A program made the position numbers and the translations under genes. Of a DNA stretch of 64,000 nt, positions 48,409 to 57,032 are shown piece by piece. Under the pieces are notes generated by a model that was given only the letters and a program-made list of their open reading frames with translations, had not been told where the DNA came from and did no database searches. The stretch spans positions 4,384,001-4,448,000 of the forward strand of contig OZ243927.1 in the NCBI GenBank assembly GCA_965213925.1. The letters are read 5' to 3'. The stretch's first letter is position 1. Each line of letters begins with the position of its first letter. Source of the stretch: Trueperaceae bacterium. Lineage in GTDB: Bacteria > Deinococcota > Deinococci > Deinococcales > Trueperaceae.

Positions 48409-49209
48409 ATAAACGCTCACAGTACCGAACCGCTCACCTTCAACCGTCTCCTCACCGACCTTCGCGCTTGCGGCGTTCGTGAGGGTCAAACCCTCATCGT
48501 TCACGGCTCGCTCAGCCGCGTAGGGTTCGTGATCGGCGGCGCTGAAACGCTCGTGCGCGCGCTCCTTGCCGCTGTGAGCGAAGAAGGTACGCTCGTCGTC
48601 CCGACGCAAACTTGGAAGAACCTCGACCCGGAAAGGGGTGTACACGGCGACATTCCCGAAGCTTGGTACCCGACCTTGCGCGAGCACTGGCCCGCCTACG
48701 ACCCTGCCATCACGCCTTCGCTCAACATGGGCATCTTAGCCGAAACCGTGCGGCTCTGGCCCGGCGCGGTGCGCAGCGCGCATCCCGCTCGCTCCTTTGC
48801 GGCGCTAGGCGCGAACGCTAGCGACCTCATGGCGGAGCATTCCCTAGAAAGTCCGACCGGAGAAGGTTCACCGCTGGCGAAACTCTACGACCTTGGCGCT
48901 TACGTTCTGCTACTCGGCGTCGGGCATGACAAGAACACCTCGCTGCATCTAGCGGAAGACAGAGCCAACTACGCTCCTAAATCTGTCATCACCGAGAGCA
49001 GCGCGCTCATGATAGACGGTGAGCGGCGGTGGGTAAGTTATGAGGTATTAGAGCCTATATCGGACGACTTCGGCGCGATAGGTGCGGCGTTTGAAAGAGA
49101 AGCCAACTTAGGGCCCTGCTACGTCGGAGAGGCTGAGACGAAGCTTATGGATCAACATGCGCTTGTCAACTTCGCAGCCGACTATATGGAGTCGCACCGT
49201 GGAAAATAA
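48409..49209 (+). CDS. AAC(3)/YokD-family N-acetyltransferase, apparent ATA start
   Basis: LIVHGSLS, GTLVVPT, RSAHP...SF, SPLAKL, NTSLHLAE; conserved N-terminus extends 40 codons upstream of the track start. Confidence 0.85.
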   Translation: MNAHSTEPLTFNRLLTDLRACGVREGQTLIVHGSLSRVGFVIGGAETLVRALLAAVSEEGTLVVPTQTWKNLDPERGVHGDIPEAWYPTLREHWPAYDPAITPSLNMGILAETVRLWPGAVRSAHPARSFAALGANASDLMAEHSLESPTGEGSPLAKLYDLGAYVLLLGVGHDKNTSLHLAEDRANYAPKSVITESSALMIDGERRWVSYEVLEPISDDFGAIGAAFEREANLGPCYVGEAETKLMDQHALVNFAADYMESHRGK

Positions 49210-49210
49210 G

Positions 49211-49858
49211 ATGACACTCCCTCCCGAAGAGCCACATTTCGGACCGTGGGCCGTCGAGCTGCTAGAAACGTTCGTCCAGCTACTCACAAGTGAATGTCCA
49301 GACGCTTTGGCGCGACCTTGCATCATTGCGATTGACGGGAGAAGCGCGAGTGGAAAGTCTACGCTGGCAGCCGCCTTGAATAGCGCTACATCTAGCTCAG
49401 CCACCGTCCGTACGGATGACGTTGCTTGGCATCATTCTTTTTTCGACTGGACGCACCTTCTTTTAAGCAACGTTCTAAAACCCATCCGCGCCGGGCAAGG
49501 CATTTCGTACCGTCCGCCAGCTTGGAAAGAACGACACCGCGAAGGGGCAATCACCGTGCCGCAGGGCTGCTCTATGCTCATCCTCGAGGGCGTCGGCGCA
49601 GCTCGCCGTGAACTCATGCATTTAATCGACATCGTCATCTGGGTTCAAGCCGACCTGGAGGAGGCGAAAGCGAGAGGTGTTAAGCGCGACGGCGGTGACG
49701 CGGGGGCTGCTGAGTTTTGGGAAGAGTGGATGGGCGAGGAATTTCCGTTCTTAGCAGACCAACGACCTTGGGAAAGGGCGAATGTCGTGATTAACGGTAC
49801 GCCCGAGGGCAAGCACGACCTATCCACACACATCATGATTGCGCGTCGGAATCCATGA
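49211..49858 (+). CDS. Uridine-kinase-like P-loop kinase
   Basis: IAIDGRSASGKST, TDD, ILEGVG, RPWERA. Confidence 0.8.
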   Translation: MTLPPEEPHFGPWAVELLETFVQLLTSECPDALARPCIIAIDGRSASGKSTLAAALNSATSSSATVRTDDVAWHHSFFDWTHLLLSNVLKPIRAGQGISYRPPAWKERHREGAITVPQGCSMLILEGVGAARRELMHLIDIVIWVQADLEEAKARGVKRDGGDAGAAEFWEEWMGEEFPFLADQRPWERANVVINGTPEGKHDLSTHIMIARRNP

Positions 49859-50715
49859 CGCTACCTGACACGCACCTCACCCTCGCTCACAAAGTTGCCG
49901 GGCACTTTGCCCGGTTACCCCAAGTCGAAGCTGTCGCCCTCGGCGGGTCGTTCGTAAGCGGCGTAGCGGATGACGTCTCCGATATCGACGTATACGTATA
50001 CACGGCGGACGAAATTCCTGTAAACGCACGCTTGGACGTCGTGAAATCGCTGGGCGGCGCAGCAAAGGCGAGCATGGACATGACCTTCTGGGGCTACGAC
50101 GACAGCTGGGTTGACCGAAAGACGGGAGTCGAGGTGGATGTCGTCTACCTCCGTACCACCTGGCTCGAGGCGCAGCTCGAGAGGGTCATCATTCAGCACG
50201 AGCCGAGCGGCGGTTACACGACGAGCTTTTGGCGTACCGTCCGGCATTCGCAGATACTCAGCGACCCGGAGGGTTGGTTCACCAAGCTCCAGACTTGGAG
50301 CAGACGAGACTATCCCGAAACGCTCAGGCGCAACATCGTCACGTTCAACCACGCTGCCCTGAGAAACCTCGCGCCCTCTTACCGGAACGTGCTCGCAAAA
50401 TCCGTCAAGCGAGGCGACATTGTCAGCGTTCACAGCCACACCGAGTACTTCTTCAAGAGCTACTTCGACATCATCTTCGCCCTAAACCGCGTTTTGCATC
50501 CGGGTGAAAAGCGCCTGCTCGCCTTCGCTCGGCGCTGCGAGAGGTTGCCCCTCAACATGGAAGCGGACGTTAGGGCGGTGCTTCGCGCCTCGAGTCTGGC
50601 TGATGAGACGCTCATTAAACGCATCGACACGCTGATGGACCGTCTCGACGACCTCTTAGTTTTAGAAGGCTTCGACCCGGACGCCTCACGCCCTACGGCG
50701 ATCGAGGGAAAGTAA
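49855..50715 (+). CDS. Pol-beta-type nucleotidyltransferase (DUF4037-like C-terminus)
   Basis: LGGS...SDIDVYVY, YFDIIFALN, HPGEKRL. Confidence 0.85.
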   Translation: MTLPDTHLTLAHKVAGHFARLPQVEAVALGGSFVSGVADDVSDIDVYVYTADEIPVNARLDVVKSLGGAAKASMDMTFWGYDDSWVDRKTGVEVDVVYLRTTWLEAQLERVIIQHEPSGGYTTSFWRTVRHSQILSDPEGWFTKLQTWSRRDYPETLRRNIVTFNHAALRNLAPSYRNVLAKSVKRGDIVSVHSHTEYFFKSYFDIIFALNRVLHPGEKRLLAFARRCERLPLNMEADVRAVLRASSLADETLIKRIDTLMDRLDDLLVLEGFDPDASRPTAIEGK

Positions 50716-50736
50716 CTCGACTCGAGGAGGAGACCC

Positions 50737-50985
50737 GTGCAAAAACCGCTCAAAAGCATCCGCCACCTTATCCATACGAACCCGGACCTGCGTCGCCCCA
50801 GATGGTTTATCCTCATAGCCCTCATCCTCTTCGCCGCGCTAGGGCTGCTCATCCTCGCAGCGAGCAGCGTCGCGCAGACGTTCGGCGCGGACGTAACGAC
50901 CCTCTTTACGCTAGGTAAAGTCTTGATCGCCCTACCGATGTGGGCAGGTGTCGTCGTCATGTTTTCGTTTATGTGCCGCATGTAA
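50737..50985 (+). CDS. Small two-TM membrane protein
   Basis: GGGAG RBS, GTG start, two hydrophobic segments. Confidence 0.6.
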   Translation: MQKPLKSIRHLIHTNPDLRRPRWFILIALILFAALGLLILAASSVAQTFGADVTTLFTLGKVLIALPMWAGVVVMFSFMCRM

Positions 50986-51163
50986 TTGAGGGATTCTGAG
51001 CCATTCACACCCGACACCTCTCTATCTCGACCTCGAGCAAAAACTGAAAAGCTCACCTGGTGGCAGCGTGGCACCATCGACCAAACCCATCTGCGCAGCT
51101 TCAAGAATATCTGGTAACGTTCTGCCGAACCAACACCTATACCTAGACTCGGAGCCTCCCTGC

Positions 51164-52357
51164 ATGACAAAACGTGCCTCTCTCGCTCTACTCGCCTACT
51201 TAGCCTTTATCAGCCTCGGGCTGCCCGACGGTCTCATCGGCGTGGCGTGGCCTTCCATCCGCCGAGACTTCGGTTTACCCCTAGACGCGCTCGGGCTCTT
51301 AGTCGGCTTCACCACGGCGGGCTATCTTAGCTCGAGCTTTTTGAGCGGCAGAATCCTGCGGGTGCTCCCTATCGGCGCGGTGCTGGCGCTCTCGACAGGC
51401 GCAGCGGCTACCGCGCTCTTAGGCTACGCGCTGACCCCCTCGTGGCCTCTCTTACTCGCCTGCGGCTTCTTAGCGGGGCTAGGGGGCGGCGCAATCGACG
51501 CGGGGCTCAACGCTTACGGCGCGGCGCATTTTAGCGCCCGCACGCTCAACTGGCTGCACGCCTTTTTCGGTGTCGGCACGACTTTGGGTCCGCTCATCGT
51601 CACGGCAGTTCTAAACGCCGGGCTCGCCTGGCGCTGGAGCTACGCGGTGGTCGGCAGCGCCCAAGCCCTGCTCGCCGTCACCTTTTTTGTAACCCGAGGG
51701 CGCTGGCGCGAGGTCGCCACGCTGGATGACAGTGGTGCTGAGGTCGCCCCCGTCCGAGCGGCGCGGACGCGCGACACGCTGCGGCAGCCTCTAGTCTGGC
51801 TAGGGATGCTGGTCTTCTTTATCTACACCGGCGTTGAGTTCGTGGCGGGTGTCTGGAGCTACACGCTCCTTACGAACCGGGGCGTCCCGGAAGGCGTCGC
51901 TGGACTTTTTGTGAGCCTCTACTGGGGCGGGCTAACTGCCGGACGCGTCATCTTTGGCGTTATCGCCGAGCGGGTACCGCTCGTTCTGGCGCTCCGCGCT
52001 TGCATGGGGGCGGTGCTTGTGGGGGCGTTTCTCTTCTGGCTCGAGCCTACCCGCGTCCTTTCGCTCGCAGGTCTCGTCATGATCGGCTTTTTCCTCGCGC
52101 CGATTTTCGCCTCACTCATCAGCCTGACGCCCGCTCGGGTCGGCGCGGCGCACGCGGACAGCGCCATCGGTTTTCAGATTGCAGCGGCGGGGCTGGGGGG
52201 CGCGGTTTTGGTCGGCGGCGTTGGTGTGGTGTCTCGAGCAGTTGGGCTTGGCGTCATAGGCGTGTCCGTGGTGCTCTTCGCCGCGCTGCTGCTGGTGCTT
52301 TTCGAGGTGCTCGCACGGTTTCAAGCGAGTCAGGAGCGCCGCACGGTGCGGCAGTAG
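51164..52357 (+). CDS. MFS transporter
   Basis: FISLGLPD, GAIDAGLN, NWLHAFFGVG; about 12 TM. Confidence 0.9.
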   Translation: MTKRASLALLAYLAFISLGLPDGLIGVAWPSIRRDFGLPLDALGLLVGFTTAGYLSSSFLSGRILRVLPIGAVLALSTGAAATALLGYALTPSWPLLLACGFLAGLGGGAIDAGLNAYGAAHFSARTLNWLHAFFGVGTTLGPLIVTAVLNAGLAWRWSYAVVGSAQALLAVTFFVTRGRWREVATLDDSGAEVAPVRAARTRDTLRQPLVWLGMLVFFIYTGVEFVAGVWSYTLLTNRGVPEGVAGLFVSLYWGGLTAGRVIFGVIAERVPLVLALRACMGAVLVGAFLFWLEPTRVLSLAGLVMIGFFLAPIFASLISLTPARVGAAHADSAIGFQIAAAGLGGAVLVGGVGVVSRAVGLGVIGVSVVLFAALLLVLFEVLARFQASQERRTVRQ

Positions 52358-52525
52358 AGAGCCCGCTTGGGAGATCACCTGCGACAGCCTCTAAGCAGCT
52401 TATGCGCGGGAGAAGCGTTCCACAAGCATTACGAAAAACCTCCACAACGTCGTTACCAAGGCGTTACCAAGGTAAAGAAAGCAACATGGTGGTAATTAAG
52501 AGGTCAATAAGGGCATAATCGATCC

Positions 52526-53104
52526 ATGAACCAACCTCTTATCGGGGATTACCGAGTGCTCGAGCTACCCCCCGAAGACTTCTCCCCGCTCTTCAGCGAA
52601 TACCGCCCGGTAGTTTTCGCAGAGAACCATCACCTCAGCCCCGGCTACGCCTATAGTGACGAGGAAAAGAGAAGGTTAGAGCCGCTTCGCGAACGCATGA
52701 ACGACGCTTACACGCTTCGGCTCGGCATCTTCAAAGAGGACACGTTCGTCGGTTGGCACTTGGGAATGCAAGTCGCGCCCGCAAACTTCATGATGGTGAG
52801 CACGGGCATCCTTGAAGAGCATAGGCGTAAAGGAATCTATACAGCACTTTTACCCCTCGTTTTAGAACGTGTAAAGGCGGAGGGGTTTCAGGTGGTCGCG
52901 AGCCGTCACAACCTCACGAATAACGCCGTGATTATCCCCAAACTCAAAGCAGGCTTTGTCATCAGCGGCTTCGAGGTCAACGATATGTACGGCTCGCTCG
53001 TGCAGCTTTCCTACTTCTTTAACCCTACGCGGCGCAAGATGCTGGACGTGCGCGTAGGACAAGCCGCGCCAGATGCAGGGGTTAGAACGACACTCGGGGA
53101 ATAG
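52526..53104 (+). CDS. GNAT-family N-acetyltransferase
   Basis: EHRRKGIY acetyl-CoA motif, NNAVIIPKLKAGF. Confidence 0.8.
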   Translation: MNQPLIGDYRVLELPPEDFSPLFSEYRPVVFAENHHLSPGYAYSDEEKRRLEPLRERMNDAYTLRLGIFKEDTFVGWHLGMQVAPANFMMVSTGILEEHRRKGIYTALLPLVLERVKAEGFQVVASRHNLTNNAVIIPKLKAGFVISGFEVNDMYGSLVQLSYFFNPTRRKMLDVRVGQAAPDAGVRTTLGE

Positions 53105-53109
53105 AGCGG

Positions 53110-54021
53110 TCAAGGCAGCGATTCAAAAAACTCCATCATCGCCCGCCCAGTCTCATCGGGCCAATTGTGCGGGTAGTATCTCCCGTTATAGCCGTAGTCC
53201 TGCGTGTGCGGACACCACACCACCGGATGCCTTTCGCCCAGCGCGCCGTAACGCTCGCAGTTCAAGGAGCGCGGCTCGGTCTGGACGGGTTCGGCGGTAA
53301 TGCTATTTTGCCGCAGGAAGTGGTTGGCGACCTCCACGCCGTACTCGATATCGACCAGACGGTCATTCGGGTTGTGTAAAACGATTGCAGCCGTCGGCGC
53401 AACGCAGTCCTCCGCGACGATGGAGCCGCCGAGCGTGCCGACGCCGCGCACCTGACTGCCCCTCGCGCAGCCCAAGGCGTTGGCGAAATACGCACCTAGC
53501 GAGTGCCCCACTGCGAAAACCTCGTCCAACTCGGTGCAGTAGTACTGCGCGTGCAACCCCAGCATCGCGTCGAAGAAGGCGAAGTCGCGCAGCGCGTCGG
53601 CGGGGTCGCCGGGGTCGGACCAGGTGAAGGTGCCGTCACCCTGGCTGAGGCCGCTCGGGTAGACGAAGATGGTGTCGGTGGCGTAGGGCTCCAGGTCGTA
53701 GTAGCGCCTGACCTCTTCGTTCGGGCTGGTGCGCCCGTGGAACGCGAAGACGAGTCTATGCGGCGTGTCGGAGGAATAGCCGGGTGGGATGACGGTGATG
53801 AAGGAGCGGATAAGCCCGTCCACTTCGACCCTCGAGGGCGCAACCGCTGGCGCTTGCTGACCACAACCGGCAGAGAGGCTAGGGTCCCGCTGAACCGGCT
53901 GCGGCTGAGCGGGCGCTTGCGCGGATACGGCGGGCGGTCCGGCGCACGCTGCGCTGAGCAGAAGCGCCGCGCTGAATACAAAGATAAAAGCAAGAGGTAG
54001 ACGTCGCTTGAATTGTTGCAC
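53110..54021 (-). CDS. Exported alpha/beta-hydrolase (PHB depolymerase/LpqC-like esterase), possible lipoprotein
   Basis: AFHG, GHSLG, HNPND, HNWP; LSAA-C. Confidence 0.8.
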   Translation of the reverse strand: MQQFKRRLPLAFIFVFSAALLLSAACAGPPAVSAQAPAQPQPVQRDPSLSAGCGQQAPAVAPSRVEVDGLIRSFITVIPPGYSSDTPHRLVFAFHGRTSPNEEVRRYYDLEPYATDTIFVYPSGLSQGDGTFTWSDPGDPADALRDFAFFDAMLGLHAQYYCTELDEVFAVGHSLGAYFANALGCARGSQVRGVGTLGGSIVAEDCVAPTAAIVLHNPNDRLVDIEYGVEVANHFLRQNSITAEPVQTEPRSLNCERYGALGERHPVVWCPHTQDYGYNGRYYPHNWPDETGRAMMEFFESLP

Positions 54022-54108
54022 TGTAACGAGTTTAACCCGCAGAGATTAGACGCGAGGGAGAAATGAAGAGTCGGTGAAGGGCGCGGCGTAAAGGGCGTAA
54101 ACTAAACT

Positions 54109-55824
54109 ATGGCCCGCTTTAGATTAGAGAACTTTAGATCAGAAAACCCCAGACTAGAGAACAATGCACTCGAGAACGTAAAACCTAGCCCACAGACGCT
54201 GCAGAACCTCTTAGCGAACACCCGCGTTACCTTGCGAAACGCACTCGCCATGCTCCCCGGCGAGCGACCCGAGCACCTGGTGGTGGAGCTGTCCGGTTCG
54301 TATCCGGCGCGCAAACAAAAGCGTAAACTCCTAGAGGCTCTCCCACAGTTTGGGGCTCAAGAGGTCTCTTTGGAGGCTTTCAGTGAACAGCTCGAGATGC
54401 TAGCGCACGCCGACTGGCTGAAAGGCGTCGTCTTCCGCGCAGACGATTTGAGCGTCAGCTTAACGACGGCGCGGAGCTTGCGCGAAGAGGTCGTGAAGCT
54501 AAAGCGCGCGGGTAAGCGCGTCACCTTCTACGCGCCGCAGCTCGACCTCGCGAGCTACTACCTCGCCACCGTTGCCGATGAGGTCATCATGCCCGGCGGC
54601 GGCGAGCTGTTCGTGCTCGGGCTCGCCGTGCAAATCACCTTTATGCGCGACGCGCTGGCGCGCCTCGGCGTGTCGTTCGATAAAGTCGCCATCGACGAGT
54701 ATAAAAACGCAGGCGACAACTTCGCGCGCCAAGAGATGAGCCCCGCGCAGCGCGAACAGTACGGGGCGCTTTTAGACAGCTTAGAGTCCACTTTCCTACA
54801 TGACGTCGCGGAAGCTAGAGAGGTCACGCCCGGCGTCGTGCAAGGCTGGATCGACGAAGGCGTCAGCTCACCGCAGCAAGCTCTGGATTTGGGCATGATC
54901 GACCGCGTCGCGTACGAAGATGAGGTCTTGAACACCCACCAACCCTTTCGCGCCGGAGCGCGGTTTCTGACCCGAAAGCTGCGCCCTTTGAACACGAAGC
55001 GTGTCGCGGTGATTTCCCTTTCGGGCATCATCGTGTCCGGCAAGTCGCGGCGCACGCCCTTCCCGCTCCCGCTGATCGGCTCGCTGCAAGCGGGCTCAGA
55101 GACGCTCATCCGCGCCTTTCGCGCCGCCGAAGCCGACGAGAGCACCGCCGCGATCGTCTTCTTTGTAGATTCGGGCGGCGGCTCGGCGCTGGCGAGCGAC
55201 CTCATCTGGCGCGAGGTGACGCGCGTGCGCCGCGAAAAACCCGTCGTCGCGGTGATGGGCAGCGTAGCGGCGAGCGGCGGGTACTACGTGCTGACGCACG
55301 CGGACCATGTGGTTGCCGCACCTACCACGGTCACAGGCTCGATCGGCGTGCTGGCGAGCAAATTCGTATTCGAGGGCTTTAACGAGCAGTACGGCTTCAA
55401 CCCCGAAGCGCTGAGCCGCGGGCGCTACATCCTCGCCTTTAACTCGGCGCGTTCCTTTGACAAGGAGGAGCGAGCGCTAGTCGAGCGCTTTATCGGTGAG
55501 GTGTATGAGCGCTTTACAGACCGCGTGGCGGAGGGTCGCGACCTCTCCAAAGCGCGCGTGAACGAGATCGGGCGCGGACACATCTGGTCAGGTAAAGACG
55601 CCGTAGAAATCGGTTTAGTGGACGAACTCGGCGGCGTGGCGCTAGGGATTCGGCGGGCGAAAGAGATCGCCGGGTTGCACGAAGACGCCCCGACTTGGAA
55701 CGTGGAGGCTCCTCCAAAGATGCTCTTGCCGACTCAAGAAGACCCGAGCACACTTCTACGAACTCTCGCGCCGCTAAAGCGCGAGAAGGCGCTTTTACTC
55801 GAGCCGACCCAGTTGAGATGGTAG
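54109..55824 (+). CDS. sppA: Signal peptide peptidase SppA (long form)
   Basis: YKNAG, DSGGGS, AASGGYY, TGSIGV, GLVDELG. Confidence 0.92.
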   Translation: MARFRLENFRSENPRLENNALENVKPSPQTLQNLLANTRVTLRNALAMLPGERPEHLVVELSGSYPARKQKRKLLEALPQFGAQEVSLEAFSEQLEMLAHADWLKGVVFRADDLSVSLTTARSLREEVVKLKRAGKRVTFYAPQLDLASYYLATVADEVIMPGGGELFVLGLAVQITFMRDALARLGVSFDKVAIDEYKNAGDNFARQEMSPAQREQYGALLDSLESTFLHDVAEAREVTPGVVQGWIDEGVSSPQQALDLGMIDRVAYEDEVLNTHQPFRAGARFLTRKLRPLNTKRVAVISLSGIIVSGKSRRTPFPLPLIGSLQAGSETLIRAFRAAEADESTAAIVFFVDSGGGSALASDLIWREVTRVRREKPVVAVMGSVAASGGYYVLTHADHVVAAPTTVTGSIGVLASKFVFEGFNEQYGFNPEALSRGRYILAFNSARSFDKEERALVERFIGEVYERFTDRVAEGRDLSKARVNEIGRGHIWSGKDAVEIGLVDELGGVALGIRRAKEIAGLHEDAPTWNVEAPPKMLLPTQEDPSTLLRTLAPLKREKALLLEPTQLRW

Positions 55825-55826
55825 GC

Positions 55827-55872
55827 AGAAGAGAGGAGCAAGACGTTGCCGTTCTCGCTCCTCTCTTCTTTG
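55827..55872. terminator. Hairpin terminator between convergent genes
   Basis: AGAAGAGAGGAGC...GCTCCTCTCTTCT then TT. Confidence 0.7.
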
Positions 55873-55903
55873 TAGAACGTCTCGAGCCCGACTGCTGGTT
55901 GTA

Positions 55904-56128
55904 CTAAGCTTCTAGCGTTCCGCCGTACTTAGCAGTGTGGTTAGCTGCGGCAATCTGCAAGTCGCCTAATCTGCGGAGCAAGTCAGCGCGCTGCGCCTGG
56001 GTGAGCCTCGTGCACTCCGTATCCTCGATGCGCTCGGCAATCGCTTTAAGGTCTTCGAAGCTGTGGTGGGCGCGGTGGTTGATGACCTCGAGCCATTCCT
56101 TATAGGTCGGACCTTGATTAAACGTCAT
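55904..56128 (-). CDS. Small hypothetical protein (74 aa)
   Basis: AAGGAGG RBS 6 nt before ATG 56128; upstream promoter TTGCCA-N17-TATGCT. Confidence 0.7.
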   Translation of the reverse strand: MTFNQGPTYKEWLEVINHRAHHSFEDLKAIAERIEDTECTRLTQAQRADLLRRLGDLQIAAANHTAKYGGTLEA

Positions 56129-56166
56129 GTGATGCCTCCTTCGTTCGTTGGTTGAAGTGAATTTCA

Positions 56167-56278
56167 GCATACACAGTATTTATATTCTTGGCAATATATT
56201 TGCCAGCGTTGTACTTTCTATTCTTCGCAATGAATTTTTTAGAGTTACGAGATAGAGTTTTGGCAAGATTTTTGCCAA
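56167..56278 (-). promoter_or_regulatory. Promoter with two palindromic operator-like sites
   Basis: TTGGCAA-TATAT-TTGCCAG (56188-56206) and TTGGCAA-GATTT-TTGCCAA (56260-56278); the first contains the -35 hexamer. Confidence 0.65.
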
Positions 56279-56753
56279 TTTTGCAGATTTGGCGAAACGC
56301 TTACTACTCGAGTTTGGCTCGAGCGCCCGAAAAAGGCGTCTTCTCGTCAGGGTGAAGTGAGCACACTGTAACGGACACCTATTGCGGACGCTAGAGGAGG
56401 TTTTTTGTGTGTACTTTGACTGCGTCCGGTAGGGTAAACTCGGCTTCCTCTATCAACGGCTTTTCTATTAAGACTGGAAGAGTTTCAAGAGGTCGTAAAG
56501 GGCGTAACGCATGGTCAAGCTCAGATTGGGACGAACTGTTTGGCGGTGAGGTGAAGAAGTGCGTCCGCAAACTGAGAGTGAATTTTTCTTTAAGGGTCAA
56601 TTCCGAGAGGTCAAAAATTTACCCTCGCCGGGAAAGCGAGGGTGGGAGAGAGGAGTGAGCAGCGCCCTCAAGAGGTTGTGATGCGCTATGCTCGGCGCTG
56701 CTCGAGACTCAATATAGCCCCCGACCTCTGACAAGATTCTTACAACCTCTTTC

Positions 56754-56900
56754 CTACTGTTTGCGAAAGCTGAGCGCGAAAAGAACTGCGCCAATAAGGA
56801 TGAAAATTGCGCCTACAGCAGCACTATTGAGCAAAGCATAAACGACGCCGACAAGTAAGAAAAGTCCGGCAGCAATACGGTTAGATTGTGTTTGCTTCAC
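56754..56900 (-). CDS. Small two-TM membrane protein (48 aa), absent from ORF track
   Basis: GTG start; MKQTQSNRIAAGLFLLVGVVYALLNSAAVGAIFILIGAVLFALSFRKQ*. Confidence 0.55.
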   Translation of the reverse strand: MKQTQSNRIAAGLFLLVGVVYALLNSAAVGAIFILIGAVLFALSFRKQ

Positions 56901-56933
56901 TGTGAATAGCCCTGTGGATAACCTTGTGGATAA
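56901..56933. promoter_or_regulatory. Three phased DnaA boxes
   Basis: TGTGAATAG (56901), TGTGGATAA (56913), TGTGGATAA (56925); 12-bp period; last two are the reverse complement of TTATCCACA. Confidence 0.75.
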
Positions 56934-57032
56934 CTTTTGATGGACATGCGCCTAGAATAAAACGGGCTCTGTTCTCGAGTGCGTGCAGCGCGGTACAATA
57001 TCCTTTACTACGACGCTTGGAGGCAAATAACG

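Noticed and set aside
56491..56507. Possible RDRM (DdrO) site GGTCGTAAAGGGCGTAA
   Set aside because: Only one half-site fits and it is not at an evident promoter
56391..56794. Two short minus-strand ORFs (69 and 65 aa)
   Set aside because: TTG starts without RBS, no motifs; one overlaps the better-supported 48-aa ORF
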